NCBI GenBank assembly: GCA_938045615.1
Contig: CALIBC010000178.1
Coordinates: 162,481 to 226,480 of the forward strand
DNA from: an uncultured Clostridia bacterium
Lineage (GTDB): Bacteria > Bacillota > Clostridia > Peptostreptococcales > Anaerovoracaceae
Direction: 5' to 3'
DNA length: 64,000 nt
The notes below the pieces were generated by a model. It saw only the letters and a program-made list of their open reading frames with translations, was not told where the DNA came from and did no database searches. A program made the position numbers and the translations under genes. Shown one piece after another: positions 47,252 to 56,302 of the stretch. Position 1 is the first letter of the stretch. The number at the start of each line of letters is the position of its first letter.

Positions 47252-47680
47252 TTAATCGTACTTCCATTGGATATCGTCGCCGTCTTTAAGTTTTTTTTCG
47301 GAAGGCAAGGATTTTATGAGTTCGGCATTCACGCTTACTTTCCAGCGTTTTTCTTTTTTTCCTTTGCCCGTATTTTTCACATCGTCTATTCCTATAACGG
47401 TATTGCTTGTCGTATCTATAAGTAAGGGGATCTCGGCGAGGCTTGCGTACAATTCCGTTGCTTCAAGGACGTTTGATCCTTTTTCAACTTTAAATTTGAA
47501 GTGTTCCATATCCGGTATCTTGGCGCCGGCGGGATAATCAATTGAGATCATCACTTCTATGGGATGAACAACATTTTTCTGCTTGTCAGCGGTGCCACAT
47601 CCGGTGGTAAAAGCGGCGGATGCGATGATAAGTGAAAGCAGAACGCATATTGGAATTGTCTTTGTCGTTTTTTTGGACAT
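47252..47680 (-). CDS. DUF4430 domain lipoprotein
   Basis: Lipobox AFTTGC. The C-terminal pattern RWKVSVNAELIKSLPSEKKLKDGDDIQWKY is typical of DUF4430 as I remember it. The start was set at MSKKTTK (47680). Confidence 0.65.
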   Translation of the reverse strand: MSKKTTKTIPICVLLSLIIASAAFTTGCGTADKQKNVVHPIEVMISIDYPAGAKIPDMEHFKFKVEKGSNVLEATELYASLAEIPLLIDTTSNTVIGIDDVKNTGKGKKEKRWKVSVNAELIKSLPSEKKLKDGDDIQWKYD

Positions 47681-47693
47681 TGTGGTTTCCTTT

Positions 47694-48473
47694 TTATTTT
47701 TTGTGCTCAAGCAGAAAACGGCGGTGGTATTTCAATTTGGCGTACTTGAGAATTTTTTTCATATAAACGGCGTTGAAAGCACCTCCCACCACACCGACTA
47801 GAGGTATCGTCTGCAGAAACTTCATGTACAGCAGTTCCGAAGAAAGCGAAGCCGATGACAGGGATATCTGCGCTTTGCGCTCGTAATCCTGAGGCAGAAG
47901 CCCATCCACTATAAATTGATTCAGCAGATCGTTGCCTTGATCAAGTTTTTTTCCGAAAGAGAGGGCAACTTCAATGATCTTTAGGATGAAAAATTTTTCC
48001 TCTTCGCTTTCATACTCATAGCCGAAGTGGAGTGCGACTTGGTAGATGCCTTTAAGCATGGTTCCCGTGAAAATCGCTATATCCGGGATCCCTATACCGG
48101 CAAGACCCATACCGATTCCCGCACCGCCCGAAAGTAGAAGATTCATATTTCCAGAGCTTCCGGCACTCTTGGAAAACTTTCTCAGCGATGAGAGGTCGCC
48201 TTTATTGTCGGCGCTTTCCTTGTAGTCGCAGAAGCGTTCATCAATGCTGTCCTTGTCATAGGTCTTTTCTATTATTGAAGTTCCCTTTTCAAAGATGATT
48301 TCAAAAGCCTTTGCGAACGCCTTATTCAATTTGTTTTGCATGTTTTCGGGAATTTTCTTCGACAAAAAGGAGGTCATCCGAGAGTCTTTCTTGAAACGTC
48401 CTTTTTGTATATAAGCATACTCCATGCGCTGCATGCGGTTCCATTCCTTTTGCCAAGCATTCAAAGCCATCAA
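47694..48473 (-). CDS. EcsC family protein
   Basis: Gly-rich membrane-dipping core GGAGIGMGLAGIGIPDIAIFTGTMLKGIYQVALHFGYEY ... VVGGAFN. Confidence 0.65.
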   Translation of the reverse strand: MMALNAWQKEWNRMQRMEYAYIQKGRFKKDSRMTSFLSKKIPENMQNKLNKAFAKAFEIIFEKGTSIIEKTYDKDSIDERFCDYKESADNKGDLSSLRKFSKSAGSSGNMNLLLSGGAGIGMGLAGIGIPDIAIFTGTMLKGIYQVALHFGYEYESEEEKFFILKIIEVALSFGKKLDQGNDLLNQFIVDGLLPQDYERKAQISLSSASLSSELLYMKFLQTIPLVGVVGGAFNAVYMKKILKYAKLKYHRRFLLEHKK

Positions 48474-48488
48474 TATATCTCTTTCGGG

Positions 48489-49628
48489 TTATTTTACAAA
48501 GACTTTCGGAAGTCTCTGACCGAAAGCGCAGGTGATCTCATAGTTTATGGTTCCCGTCGCATTTGCAATGTCCTCGGCGGAAATTGTATTAACTCCGTCC
48601 GTACCCATCACTATGATTTCATCGCCGACCTTTACGTTAGGAACATCGGTTACATCGACCATGAACTGATCCATGCAGATGTTGCCGGCAACATTGCATA
48701 TGTGACCGTTTACGATAACCTTGGCGTTTGCCGAAAATGGACGAGGGTAGCCATCTGCGTAGCCAAGCCCGATGGTTGCGATGGTGGAAGGCCTTTCTGC
48801 GATGAATTTTCTGCCGTAGCCGCATGAGAATCCGACGGGCACATATTTCAGGTGAAGTATGTTTGCTTTTATCTGCATCACAGGTTTGATATCGAGCTGA
48901 TTTCTGTCGACTTCCTGCGATGGATACTGACCGTAAAGTATTATCCCCGGACGGCAGCCGTCAAAGAGCAGGGTCGGAAGCTCCATGATCGAGGCACTGT
49001 TTGCAAGAGTTCTGAAGGAAAGAGGTATTCCTGCCTGAGTTACGGTCTCGTAGAAGCTGTTGTACTTCATCTCCTGCTGATGCGCAAAGGTTTTATCGTA
49101 GGCGTCGGCGGTTGCCATGTGTGAAAAAAGTCCCAAAATGCGCACGTTGGGAAGAACGGCGATCTTTTTGATATCCTCGATCGCATAGTTTATATCATCG
49201 GCCAGATAACCGATTCTTCCCATTCCTGTGTCAACCGCTATCAGGCAGTCGGCATATTTTCCCTTTGCGGCGGCGGCATCGCTGATGGCCTTTGCATTGG
49301 AGGAATCACAGATTACCGGTATGATGTCATAATCTATCAGAGTATCGGCGTACATATCGGGAGTCAAGCCGAGGCATATGATTCTTTCCCCGACACCGGC
49401 GTTACGCAGTTCGATCGCCTCATCAAGAGTTGCGATAGCAAAGGTTTTTACCCCGTTTTCTCTTAAAACCTCCGCGCATTGGACTGCGCCGTGCCCGTAT
49501 CCGTCCGCCTTGATAACACCGATAAATTCTCTGTCATTTCCCATTTTGGCTCTGATCTGCTTTACGTTGTAATCGAAGTTCTTCAAATTTATTTCCGCCC
49601 ATGCGGCTCTCAGTGATTCCTTATACAT
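48489..49628 (-). CDS. alr: Alanine racemase
   Basis: PLP lysine context GVIKADGYGHGA, and the C-terminal NYEITCAFGQRLPKVF. The start is ATG 49628 or 49649. Confidence 0.9.
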   Translation of the reverse strand: MYKESLRAAWAEINLKNFDYNVKQIRAKMGNDREFIGVIKADGYGHGAVQCAEVLRENGVKTFAIATLDEAIELRNAGVGERIICLGLTPDMYADTLIDYDIIPVICDSSNAKAISDAAAAKGKYADCLIAVDTGMGRIGYLADDINYAIEDIKKIAVLPNVRILGLFSHMATADAYDKTFAHQQEMKYNSFYETVTQAGIPLSFRTLANSASIMELPTLLFDGCRPGIILYGQYPSQEVDRNQLDIKPVMQIKANILHLKYVPVGFSCGYGRKFIAERPSTIATIGLGYADGYPRPFSANAKVIVNGHICNVAGNICMDQFMVDVTDVPNVKVGDEIIVMGTDGVNTISAEDIANATGTINYEITCAFGQRLPKVFVK

Positions 49629-49745
49629 AATTCTACCTTTTCCTTTCATGCTCTAAATTATATATTATGTATTATATTGCTTTGTTGCTCAAATGAGGGA
49701 GATCCGCTCATCTTCACCGCATCCAAATCAACGGCTTGATCAAAC

Positions 49746-51035
49746 CTAAATCAACGGCGACCGTGAGATTATGTCTTCTCGTGCAGGTCCGTTTGACAAA
49801 AGTGTTATCGGAACGCCTATGCGTCGCTCGATTTCATTTACATATTCCCTGCATTCCTTGGGCAGTTTCTCAAAGTCTCTTATGCCCGTAATGTCGGATT
49901 TCCAGCCCTTTAGTTTCTTCAAAACCGGTTTGGCTTTGTACAGATACGTGGTATTCGGGAAATCTTCGTGAATCTTTCCGTCGATTTCGTATCCAACGCA
50001 AACTGGAATTTCATCAAGATAGCCGAGGGGATCCAAAACCGTGAGAGCAACCTGAGTGGCACCCTGAATCCTGCACCCGTACCGGGAAGCGACGCAGTCA
50101 TACCAACCCACTCGCCTTGGGCGACCTGTAGTTGCGCCGTATTCGCCGCCGTCACCGCCGCGTTTTCTGAGCTCTTCGGCTTCATCGCCGAATATTTCAC
50201 TTACAAAAGCACCTGCGCCAACCGCCGAAGAATATGCCTTTGTAACGGCTATGACTTCCTTGATTTCATAGGGGGGAATTCCCGCACCGCAGGCGCCACC
50301 TCCTGCAATCGTGTTTGATGATGTTACCATCGGATAAATTCCGTGATCGATGTCTTTCATCGAGCCGAGCTGTCCCTCAAGAAGAATGTTCTTGCCTGCG
50401 GACACCGCATCATATAAAAAGGCAGTCGTATTCGCCGCATAGGGTTTTACCATCTCCTTGTATTCCATCATTGTTCGGAAAATATCGTCGGGATTCAGTG
50501 CCGGCTTATGGTAAAGGTGACGTATAAGAGTGTTTTTAATGGTGCATACGTTCTCTATTCGCTCGCGCAAGGCAGCTTCGGGCATGAACAGTTCGTTTAC
50601 CTGAAAGCCGATCTTTGCATATTTATCCGAGTAGCACGGAGCTATCCCCGACTTGGTGGAGCCGAAAGATTTTCCGGCAAGTCGCTCTTCCTCATATGAG
50701 TCGAGCAGAATATGGTACGGCATGACCATCTGTGCACGATCCGAAACGAGGATTTTGGGCATGGGAACGCCTTTTTCCACGATACCGTCGATTTCCTCTA
50801 TCAGTTTGGGAATGTTCAGCGCAACGCCGTTTCCGAGAATGCAGGTAGTATGTCCGTAGAAAACCCCGGATGGGAGCATATGCAGCGGGAACTTACCATA
50901 TTCGTTTTTTATCGTGTGGCCGGCATTGCTGCCGCCCTGAAACCGGACGACGACATCGGCTTCGCTTGCAAGTGTGTCGGTAATTTTACCTTTTCCCTCA
51001 TCTCCCCAGTTTACACCGACAATTGCTTTGATCAT
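49746..51035 (-). CDS. purA: Adenylosuccinate synthetase
   Basis: P-loop VNWGDEGKGKITD, GGSNAGHT and TTGRPRRVGW motifs. Confidence 0.95.
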   Translation of the reverse strand: MIKAIVGVNWGDEGKGKITDTLASEADVVVRFQGGSNAGHTIKNEYGKFPLHMLPSGVFYGHTTCILGNGVALNIPKLIEEIDGIVEKGVPMPKILVSDRAQMVMPYHILLDSYEEERLAGKSFGSTKSGIAPCYSDKYAKIGFQVNELFMPEAALRERIENVCTIKNTLIRHLYHKPALNPDDIFRTMMEYKEMVKPYAANTTAFLYDAVSAGKNILLEGQLGSMKDIDHGIYPMVTSSNTIAGGGACGAGIPPYEIKEVIAVTKAYSSAVGAGAFVSEIFGDEAEELRKRGGDGGEYGATTGRPRRVGWYDCVASRYGCRIQGATQVALTVLDPLGYLDEIPVCVGYEIDGKIHEDFPNTTYLYKAKPVLKKLKGWKSDITGIRDFEKLPKECREYVNEIERRIGVPITLLSNGPAREDIISRSPLI

Positions 51036-51054
51036 AAAAATTCCTCCTGTTCGC

Positions 51055-51077
51055 TATACGTTGATTTCCGCTTCAAG
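51055..51077. repeat. 23-bp exact copy of the purB 3' terminus (TATACGTTGATTTCCGCTTCAAG), second copy at 51131-51153
   Basis: The two strings were compared base by base. The copy at 51131-51153 encodes the last purB codons (LEAEINV*). This copy lies in the purB-purA spacer. Confidence 0.9.
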
Positions 51078-51129
51078 CGTCTGCGACATCTTCTTGCTGT
51101 GACAGACGCATTTTCAAAGCATTATACGT

Positions 51130-52563
51130 TTATACGTTGATTTCCGCTTCAAGTCCCAGGACATCCCGGTTTGCGGAGAGAATCGGTTTGATTACCTGAT
51201 CGAGAAACTCGGTGGTCTGCTCTGCGGCTCTGCCTATATAATTTTCCGGTTTCATGACTTTCTGAAGATCCTCTTTGCTTATGTTGAAAGCGGGATCCGA
51301 CGCAATTCTATCCAAAAGATCGTTCGGTTTGCCCTCTTCCTTGACGGTCCTTCCGGCTTCCATGGATAAAGTTCTGATCCTCTCGTGGAGCTCCTGTCTG
51401 TCACCTCCGGCCTTGACGGCATCCATAAGTATGTTCTCGGTCGCCATAAAAGGAAGTTCTGCCATCAGATGAGCCTCTATTACCTTAGGGTATACGACAA
51501 GCCCGGAGGAAACATTTATATAAAGTTCCAGAATGCTGTCTGTTGCGAGAAAGGCCTCGGATACACTGATCCGCTTGTTCGCGGAATCGTCGAGAGTCCT
51601 CTCGAACCACTGCGTCGCTGCTGTCAGCTGCGGGTTCATCGCATCGCTCATAACGTAATTTGCGAGTGCGGCCATACGTTCCGAACGCATCGGGTTTCTC
51701 TTGTATGCCATCGCGGATGAGCCTATCTGGTTTTTTTCAAAAGGCTCTTCGACTTCTTTCATGTGCTGCAGAAGTCGTATGTCGTTGCTGAATTTGTGCG
51801 CGGACTGAGCGATACCGGCAAGCAGATTGAGTATCCTGCTGTCAATTTTTCTTGAATATGTCTGTCCCGAAACAGGATAGCAGGCTTTGAATCCCATCTT
51901 TTCGGCAATCTTTTTGTCGAGAAGCCTGCACTTTTCGTGATTACCCGCAAACAGCTCAAGAAATGAGGCCTGCGTTCCCGTGGTTCCCTTGCATCCGAGC
52001 AGTTTGAAGGTGCTCAGCAGGTAGTCGAGATCCTCAAGATCTATGAGAAGGTCATTGATCCAAAGAGTTGCGCGTTTGCCGACACTGGTGGGCTGGGCAG
52101 CCTGATAATGTGTAAATGCCAGACAAGGTTGAGCTTTGTACCGATCGGCAAATCCGGAAAGTCTGTGAATGGTATTTATGAGTTTTTTTCTTATCAGCTG
52201 CAGTCCCTCGTACATGATAATGAGATCCGTGTTGTCACCTATGTAGCAGGAGGTTGCGCCGAGATGTATTATCCCCTTTGCGTTCGGGCATTGCGTGCCG
52301 TAGGCGTACACGTGAGCCATGACATCGTGTCTTACGATCTTCTCTCGTTCTTCCGCGACCGAATAGTTGATGTCGTCTTTGTGTGCCGCAAGTTCGTCTA
52401 TCTGTTTTTGCGTAATATCAAGTCCCAACTCTTTTTCCGATTCCGCAAGGGCGATCCATAGCCTGCGCCATGTCCGAAACTTCTTTTCCGGTGAAAACAG
52501 GTATTTCATCTCTTTGCTCGGATAGCGTTCGGAAAGCGGACTTATATATCCTGTATATGTCAT
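51130..52563 (-). CDS. purB: Adenylosuccinate lyase
   Basis: The fumarate-lyase signature GSSAMAYKRNPMRSE. The start was set at MTYTGY (52563) after GGAGGA. Confidence 0.95.
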   Translation of the reverse strand: MTYTGYISPLSERYPSKEMKYLFSPEKKFRTWRRLWIALAESEKELGLDITQKQIDELAAHKDDINYSVAEEREKIVRHDVMAHVYAYGTQCPNAKGIIHLGATSCYIGDNTDLIIMYEGLQLIRKKLINTIHRLSGFADRYKAQPCLAFTHYQAAQPTSVGKRATLWINDLLIDLEDLDYLLSTFKLLGCKGTTGTQASFLELFAGNHEKCRLLDKKIAEKMGFKACYPVSGQTYSRKIDSRILNLLAGIAQSAHKFSNDIRLLQHMKEVEEPFEKNQIGSSAMAYKRNPMRSERMAALANYVMSDAMNPQLTAATQWFERTLDDSANKRISVSEAFLATDSILELYINVSSGLVVYPKVIEAHLMAELPFMATENILMDAVKAGGDRQELHERIRTLSMEAGRTVKEEGKPNDLLDRIASDPAFNISKEDLQKVMKPENYIGRAAEQTTEFLDQVIKPILSANRDVLGLEAEINV

Positions 52564-52886
52564 TTGATTTCCTCCAAAAGGCAATTTGTCAAAAGGCAAA
52601 TTGCATGTTTTGTCAAATATCCCACAGTCAATATGGTTTCCTCCATCGCTTCGGATAATTGAACCGACTACAATTATAGCAATTTAGGGGGAGTATTTCA
52701 AGGAAGACGGGCGGATTGCACGCTGATACTGCGGAAAAGCCGGATGCCCCTGTCCGTATTTTACAAGGAAATCTGAAATCCGTTCATATATAACGCCGGA
52801 GAAAAACTCTGCAAAAACTTGACACCGTCCTCAAAATACTTTATTTTGACAAATGCATAAAGCGTTAGTACAATGTACATAATTCC

Positions 52887-53156
52887 ATGATTTACGTAGT
52901 GAATGGAAAGAATCGAATAGTCAACACTCTCGACAAGTCGTGGGCTGAAGACGCAAAAGGAAATGAAATAAAGGTTTCATACATTATAAAGGATAATCTT
53001 CTCAAACAGACGATTAAATTCAATACAAACACTGCGTTCCCTGTTGTTGCCGTACTTGCAAGTCATCCAACAAAATATCGTGAGCAGAGTGAAACTGTGA
53101 AAAATAATGATACTGGAAGAAAGAAAATTAGAGTAGCAAGACATAAGTTAAGATGA
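52887..53156 (+). CDS. Hypothetical 89-aa ORF, probably a fragment of a larger gene
   Basis: ORF only, with no signal peptide and no clear RBS. It lies in an AT-rich islet. Confidence 0.3.
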   Translation: MIYVVNGKNRIVNTLDKSWAEDAKGNEIKVSYIIKDNLLKQTIKFNTNTAFPVVAVLASHPTKYREQSETVKNNDTGRKKIRVARHKLR

Positions 53157-53184
53157 TGAAGCGAACAGCAGCATAGCAAAAATT

Positions 53185-53442
53185 GTGGAAACGTTCAGTG
53201 CAATTATTGGTTTGTTTGATGGTGGTACGTTAAGTGTAGCCTTTTCGTTGCTATTAGGCGGGCGAGCTAGTTTTTTACGAGCTGAACAAGAAGTATACGC
53301 TTCTGCCGGGGAGGATTGTGGAATAAAGAGTAATAGAATAAAGAGTGTTGTTTTTACCCATCACTATCGTGGTAATTGGCAAGGCAAGAATAAAGGCTAC
53401 GTTTATACTGCGGAACATACAACGAGTAAGTACAGGAAATAA
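53185..53442 (+). CDS. Hypothetical 85-aa ORF (GTG start), possible fragment
   Basis: ORF only. It has a Gly-rich hydrophobic N-terminal stretch (IIGLFDGGTLSVAFSLLLGG). The frame is open 27 nt further upstream. Confidence 0.25.
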   Translation: METFSAIIGLFDGGTLSVAFSLLLGGRASFLRAEQEVYASAGEDCGIKSNRIKSVVFTHHYRGNWQGKNKGYVYTAEHTTSKYRK

Positions 53443-53461
53443 GAAGGGAGTGTGGTTGCAA

Positions 53462-53935
53462 ATGACCAAGGAAAGAGTTTTCAAGGGAATAGCTGTGGTT
53501 ATACTGTGTGTACTCGCAAAAACCGTATTCACTCTACACACAAACATTTCCACTACGTTAAAGTTCCAATACCATTCGATTGCGATGGGAATAGTAAGCG
53601 GACCGGTTGATGTTGAAAACGGGTCGAAGTGGAAAGCACTGAGCGAAAAAAAGAAAAAACAGCAATTATATGAGCTCTTTGCCAGAAAAAGCAGCCTTTC
53701 AGCCGGCAATAGTTTTCTGGTCTCAGGCGTGCTGTTTTATTCAAGATATGACATGGATGAATTGTGGGATTTCTTTGTAATGCTACCTGACGCCAAAGGT
53801 AAAGACGTAGACAGGTATTATTATAAACTCAGAGATATGGCCTCGGTGATAAAGAAGCACAATTACTGGGAACACCTCAAAGACGTGTCGGCGAGCCGCG
53901 AAGAATTGAAAAAAATTCTCAAGGGCTTCAGGTAA
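53462..53935 (+). CDS. Membrane-anchored hypothetical protein, paralogue A (157 aa)
   Basis: RBS GAAGGGAG upstream, an N-terminal TM helix and the shared GPVDVE..KW..L..K.KK motif. The last 23 residues are identical to paralogue B. Confidence 0.55.
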   Translation: MTKERVFKGIAVVILCVLAKTVFTLHTNISTTLKFQYHSIAMGIVSGPVDVENGSKWKALSEKKKKQQLYELFARKSSLSAGNSFLVSGVLFYSRYDMDELWDFFVMLPDAKGKDVDRYYYKLRDMASVIKKHNYWEHLKDVSASREELKKILKGFR

Positions 53936-53967
53936 GCACGGGGAAAGAAAAGACGAAGTGTAGAGGA
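53866..53967 (+). repeat. Direct repeat copy 1 (94 bp identical + 1 mismatch + 7 bp) spanning the last 23 codons, the stop and 30 bp downstream
   Basis: Base-by-base comparison with 54379-54480. The offset is 513 bp. Confidence 0.95.
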
Positions 53968-53974
53968 AGAAGAT

Positions 53975-54448
53975 ATGAAAAAGAAAAGAGAAGTGTACCC
54001 GGTCATAGCCACCATCCTCCTCATACTTGCAATGGCATGCGGATATCGAGTGCATGGAATAATTTCCAACGTACTTGAATGGCAGGTGCACAGAATTGCA
54101 TCGGCTATAACCGCAGGTCCTGTGGATGTCGAGGACAAGGCAAAGTGGGAAAAGCTTACCGATAAAGAAAAAAAGGAGAAATATCTTCTGCTATTCAGGG
54201 AGGCTGAAACTGCCTGCTACACCACGCATATCATAGGCAGATTGAAGCCGTATGAAAAGTATGATCAAGATGGGCTTGTGGATCTTATGTTTGCCATGAC
54301 GGCCGCCAATAAAAAGGAGCGTGATAAGTGCTACGAGAAGTTGAGGCAGGTGGCTGCGGTCATAAACAAACATAACAGCTGGGAACACCTCAAAGACGTG
54401 TCGGCGAGCCGCGAAGAATTGAAAAAAATTCTCAAGGGCTTCAGGTAA
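53975..54448 (+). CDS. Membrane-anchored hypothetical protein, paralogue B (157 aa)
   Basis: RBS GAGGAAGAAG upstream, an N-terminal TM helix and the same length and layout as paralogue A. Confidence 0.6.
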   Translation: MKKKREVYPVIATILLILAMACGYRVHGIISNVLEWQVHRIASAITAGPVDVEDKAKWEKLTDKEKKEKYLLLFREAETACYTTHIIGRLKPYEKYDQDGLVDLMFAMTAANKKERDKCYEKLRQVAAVINKHNSWEHLKDVSASREELKKILKGFR

Positions 54449-54480
54449 GCACGGGGAAAGAAAAGACGAAGTTTAGAGGA
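54379..54480 (+). repeat. Direct repeat copy 2
   Basis: See copy 1 at 53866-53967. Confidence 0.95.
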
Positions 54481-54483
54481 TAA

Positions 54484-54534
54484 AACAAAACTGCTGCAAC
54501 GAGCGTTTTTATCGCCCGATGCAGCAGTTTTGTT
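54484..54534. terminator. Bidirectional terminator hairpin (15-bp perfect stem AACAAAACTGCTGCA / TGCAGCAGTTTTGTT, 21-nt loop)
   Basis: Counted from the sequence. It lies between paralogue B (+) and the CoA-transferase gene (-). Confidence 0.65.
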
Positions 54535-54653
54535 GATTGATCGGTATCCTGCCATATTAGGTCGGCTCGGCGCAGATCCCTGCTTGATTTCTAACCTGCT
54601 TTTTTGCGCACTTCTTTTTTGCGTTAATTCTTTTGTGCCCTATGAGTTCAGGT

Positions 54654-56012
54654 TCAGCAGGAAACTTTACTGGTATTTTTCCAGATTCCCATTTTTTCGG
54701 CTTCGGCAATAAGTTCCTCACGGAAATCGGGATGCGCTATGTTTATCAGGCTTTCCGCTCTCTCCCATGTAGATCTGCCCTTCATGTCGGCAACTCCGTA
54801 TTCGGTGACGATATAATGCGTTGCGGTACGCGGAGTCGTCACGACGGAACCCGGTTTCAGCGTTGCGGAGATGTTCGACTCGTACGTGCCGTCCGGAAGT
54901 TTTCTGCGTGATGGTGTACATATGAAACTCTTGCCGCCTTTTGAGCGATAAGCCCCCATGACAAAGTCGAGTTGACCGCCCGTGCCTGAAATCTGCCTGC
55001 AGCCGACGGTTTCTGAACAGACCTGTGACTGAAGATCGACCTGAATACAACTGTTTATGGATATAAAGTTGTCCATGCTCGAGATTACGTGAACATCGTT
55101 CACATAATCCACGGGTGCGTTACAGCACAGAGGGTTGCCGTCTATAAAGTCATACAGCTTTTTCGTTCCGCCCGCAAAAGTGTAGAGAACGGTTCCACGC
55201 TCCACGGTCTTTTCGGTGGACAACTTTCCCGCCTCAAAGAGATCGGCGTAAGCATCCACGAGCATCTCGGTGTGCGCGCTGATGTCCGTCAGATCCGAGT
55301 CCGCGAGCATCTTGCCTATGGTAGACGGCAGGGTTCCTATTCCTAACTGCAGGGTGCAGTGCGACTGCATTCTGCTAACGATATGTTCGGCGATTTTTAC
55401 GTCAATCTCGTCTCCCTGCTTATTGGGGATTTCCGCAAGCTCATGTCCGGTTCCCTCGACGACAAAATCCACGTCCGCAATGTTGATGCTATTCCTCGGA
55501 CCGAGAGCAAGAGGCATCTTCTCATTGACTTCGACTATTATCTTCTTGGCCTTCTTTATTACGCCCCAGTAATCGGACAGCTGCGGTCCCATATTGAAGT
55601 TTCCGAATTTATCCATAGGCGTGACCTGAAACATCGCTATATCAATGCTTCTGGGATTCTGATTCCAAAGCGACGGAAGTTCCGAAAAAGACATGGGCAT
55701 GTACCAGCATCGTCCGTCCTTGGAAATTATTCGATCGTTGCCGCTGAAGTGCGCGGAAATGAATCTGACGTTGTCGTTTCCTTTGGCGGCCTCATAAAGA
55801 GCGAAAGGTTTTTTCCTGATTGTAACCGTACTGAGAACCTCGATGTCCGTAAGTTCATCGGCACGTTTCGCCAATGCTTCGTCAATCTCTTCTGTCGAAC
55901 CGCATCCAAGACCGAAGTGTAAACGGTCGCCGGATTTGACCATTCCCGCAGCCTGCTCCGCAGTGATTAGTTTGTTTGCGTATTCACCGGCAATACTTGA
56001 ACTCTTATACAT
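54654..56012 (-). CDS. Acetyl-CoA hydrolase/transferase family protein (butyryl-CoA:acetate / 4-hydroxybutyrate CoA-transferase-like)
   Basis: 452 aa. Long collinear similarity, as I recall it, to Roseburia-type butyryl-CoA:acetate CoA-transferase (e.g. IIVEVNE.MP, LQLGIG, HTEM.VDA, ISGTGGQLDFVMGAY.SKGGKSFIC, HYIVTEYG, INIAHPDFREELI.EAEKM.IW). Confidence 0.85.
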   Translation of the reverse strand: MYKSSSIAGEYANKLITAEQAAGMVKSGDRLHFGLGCGSTEEIDEALAKRADELTDIEVLSTVTIRKKPFALYEAAKGNDNVRFISAHFSGNDRIISKDGRCWYMPMSFSELPSLWNQNPRSIDIAMFQVTPMDKFGNFNMGPQLSDYWGVIKKAKKIIVEVNEKMPLALGPRNSINIADVDFVVEGTGHELAEIPNKQGDEIDVKIAEHIVSRMQSHCTLQLGIGTLPSTIGKMLADSDLTDISAHTEMLVDAYADLFEAGKLSTEKTVERGTVLYTFAGGTKKLYDFIDGNPLCCNAPVDYVNDVHVISSMDNFISINSCIQVDLQSQVCSETVGCRQISGTGGQLDFVMGAYRSKGGKSFICTPSRRKLPDGTYESNISATLKPGSVVTTPRTATHYIVTEYGVADMKGRSTWERAESLINIAHPDFREELIAEAEKMGIWKNTSKVSC

Positions 56013-56171
56013 AATCTCATCCTCTTCATTCTCTGATTTTCATCCTCTGATTTCGTGCTTAATCACACGGTAAAGGAATTTGTTAACTTTATAACAATCT
56101 ATGCAAGTATTCTACTACAGGCGCACACTGTATGCAAGAGGAATTTGGAAATGTTGTTAAAAAACTTCACG

Positions 56172-56202
56172 ATAAAAACGCCCTGCTGTAAAAGCAAGGC
56201 GT
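56172..56202 (-). terminator. Intrinsic terminator of tRNA-Arg
   Basis: On the minus strand: ACGCCTTGCT-tttac-AGCAGGGCGT followed by TTTTTAT, 11 nt after the tRNA 3' end. Confidence 0.8.
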
Positions 56203-56213
56203 TTCAACGGTTT

Positions 56214-56289
56214 TGGTGCCCCAGAGGCGATTCGAACACCCGACGCACGGTTTAGGAAACCGACGCTCTATCCCCTGAGCTACTGAGGC
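56214..56289 (-). tRNA. tRNA-Arg (anticodon CCU), CCA encoded
   Basis: Hand-folded cloverleaf from GCCTCAGTAGCTCAGGGGATAGAGCGTCGGTTTCCTAAACCGTGCGTCGGGTGTTCGAATCGCCTCTGGGGCACCA. It has a 7-bp acceptor stem, anticodon loop TTCCTAA and T-loop GTTCGAAT. Confidence 0.9.
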
Positions 56290-56302
56290 TCGTTACCCGT
56301 AC

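Noticed and set aside
52600-52720. A purine riboswitch or PurR PurBox upstream of purB.
   Set aside because: No match to the purine-riboswitch three-way-junction consensus. Only a weak partial PurBox-like string (TTATCCGAAG) is present, without the required inverted partner.
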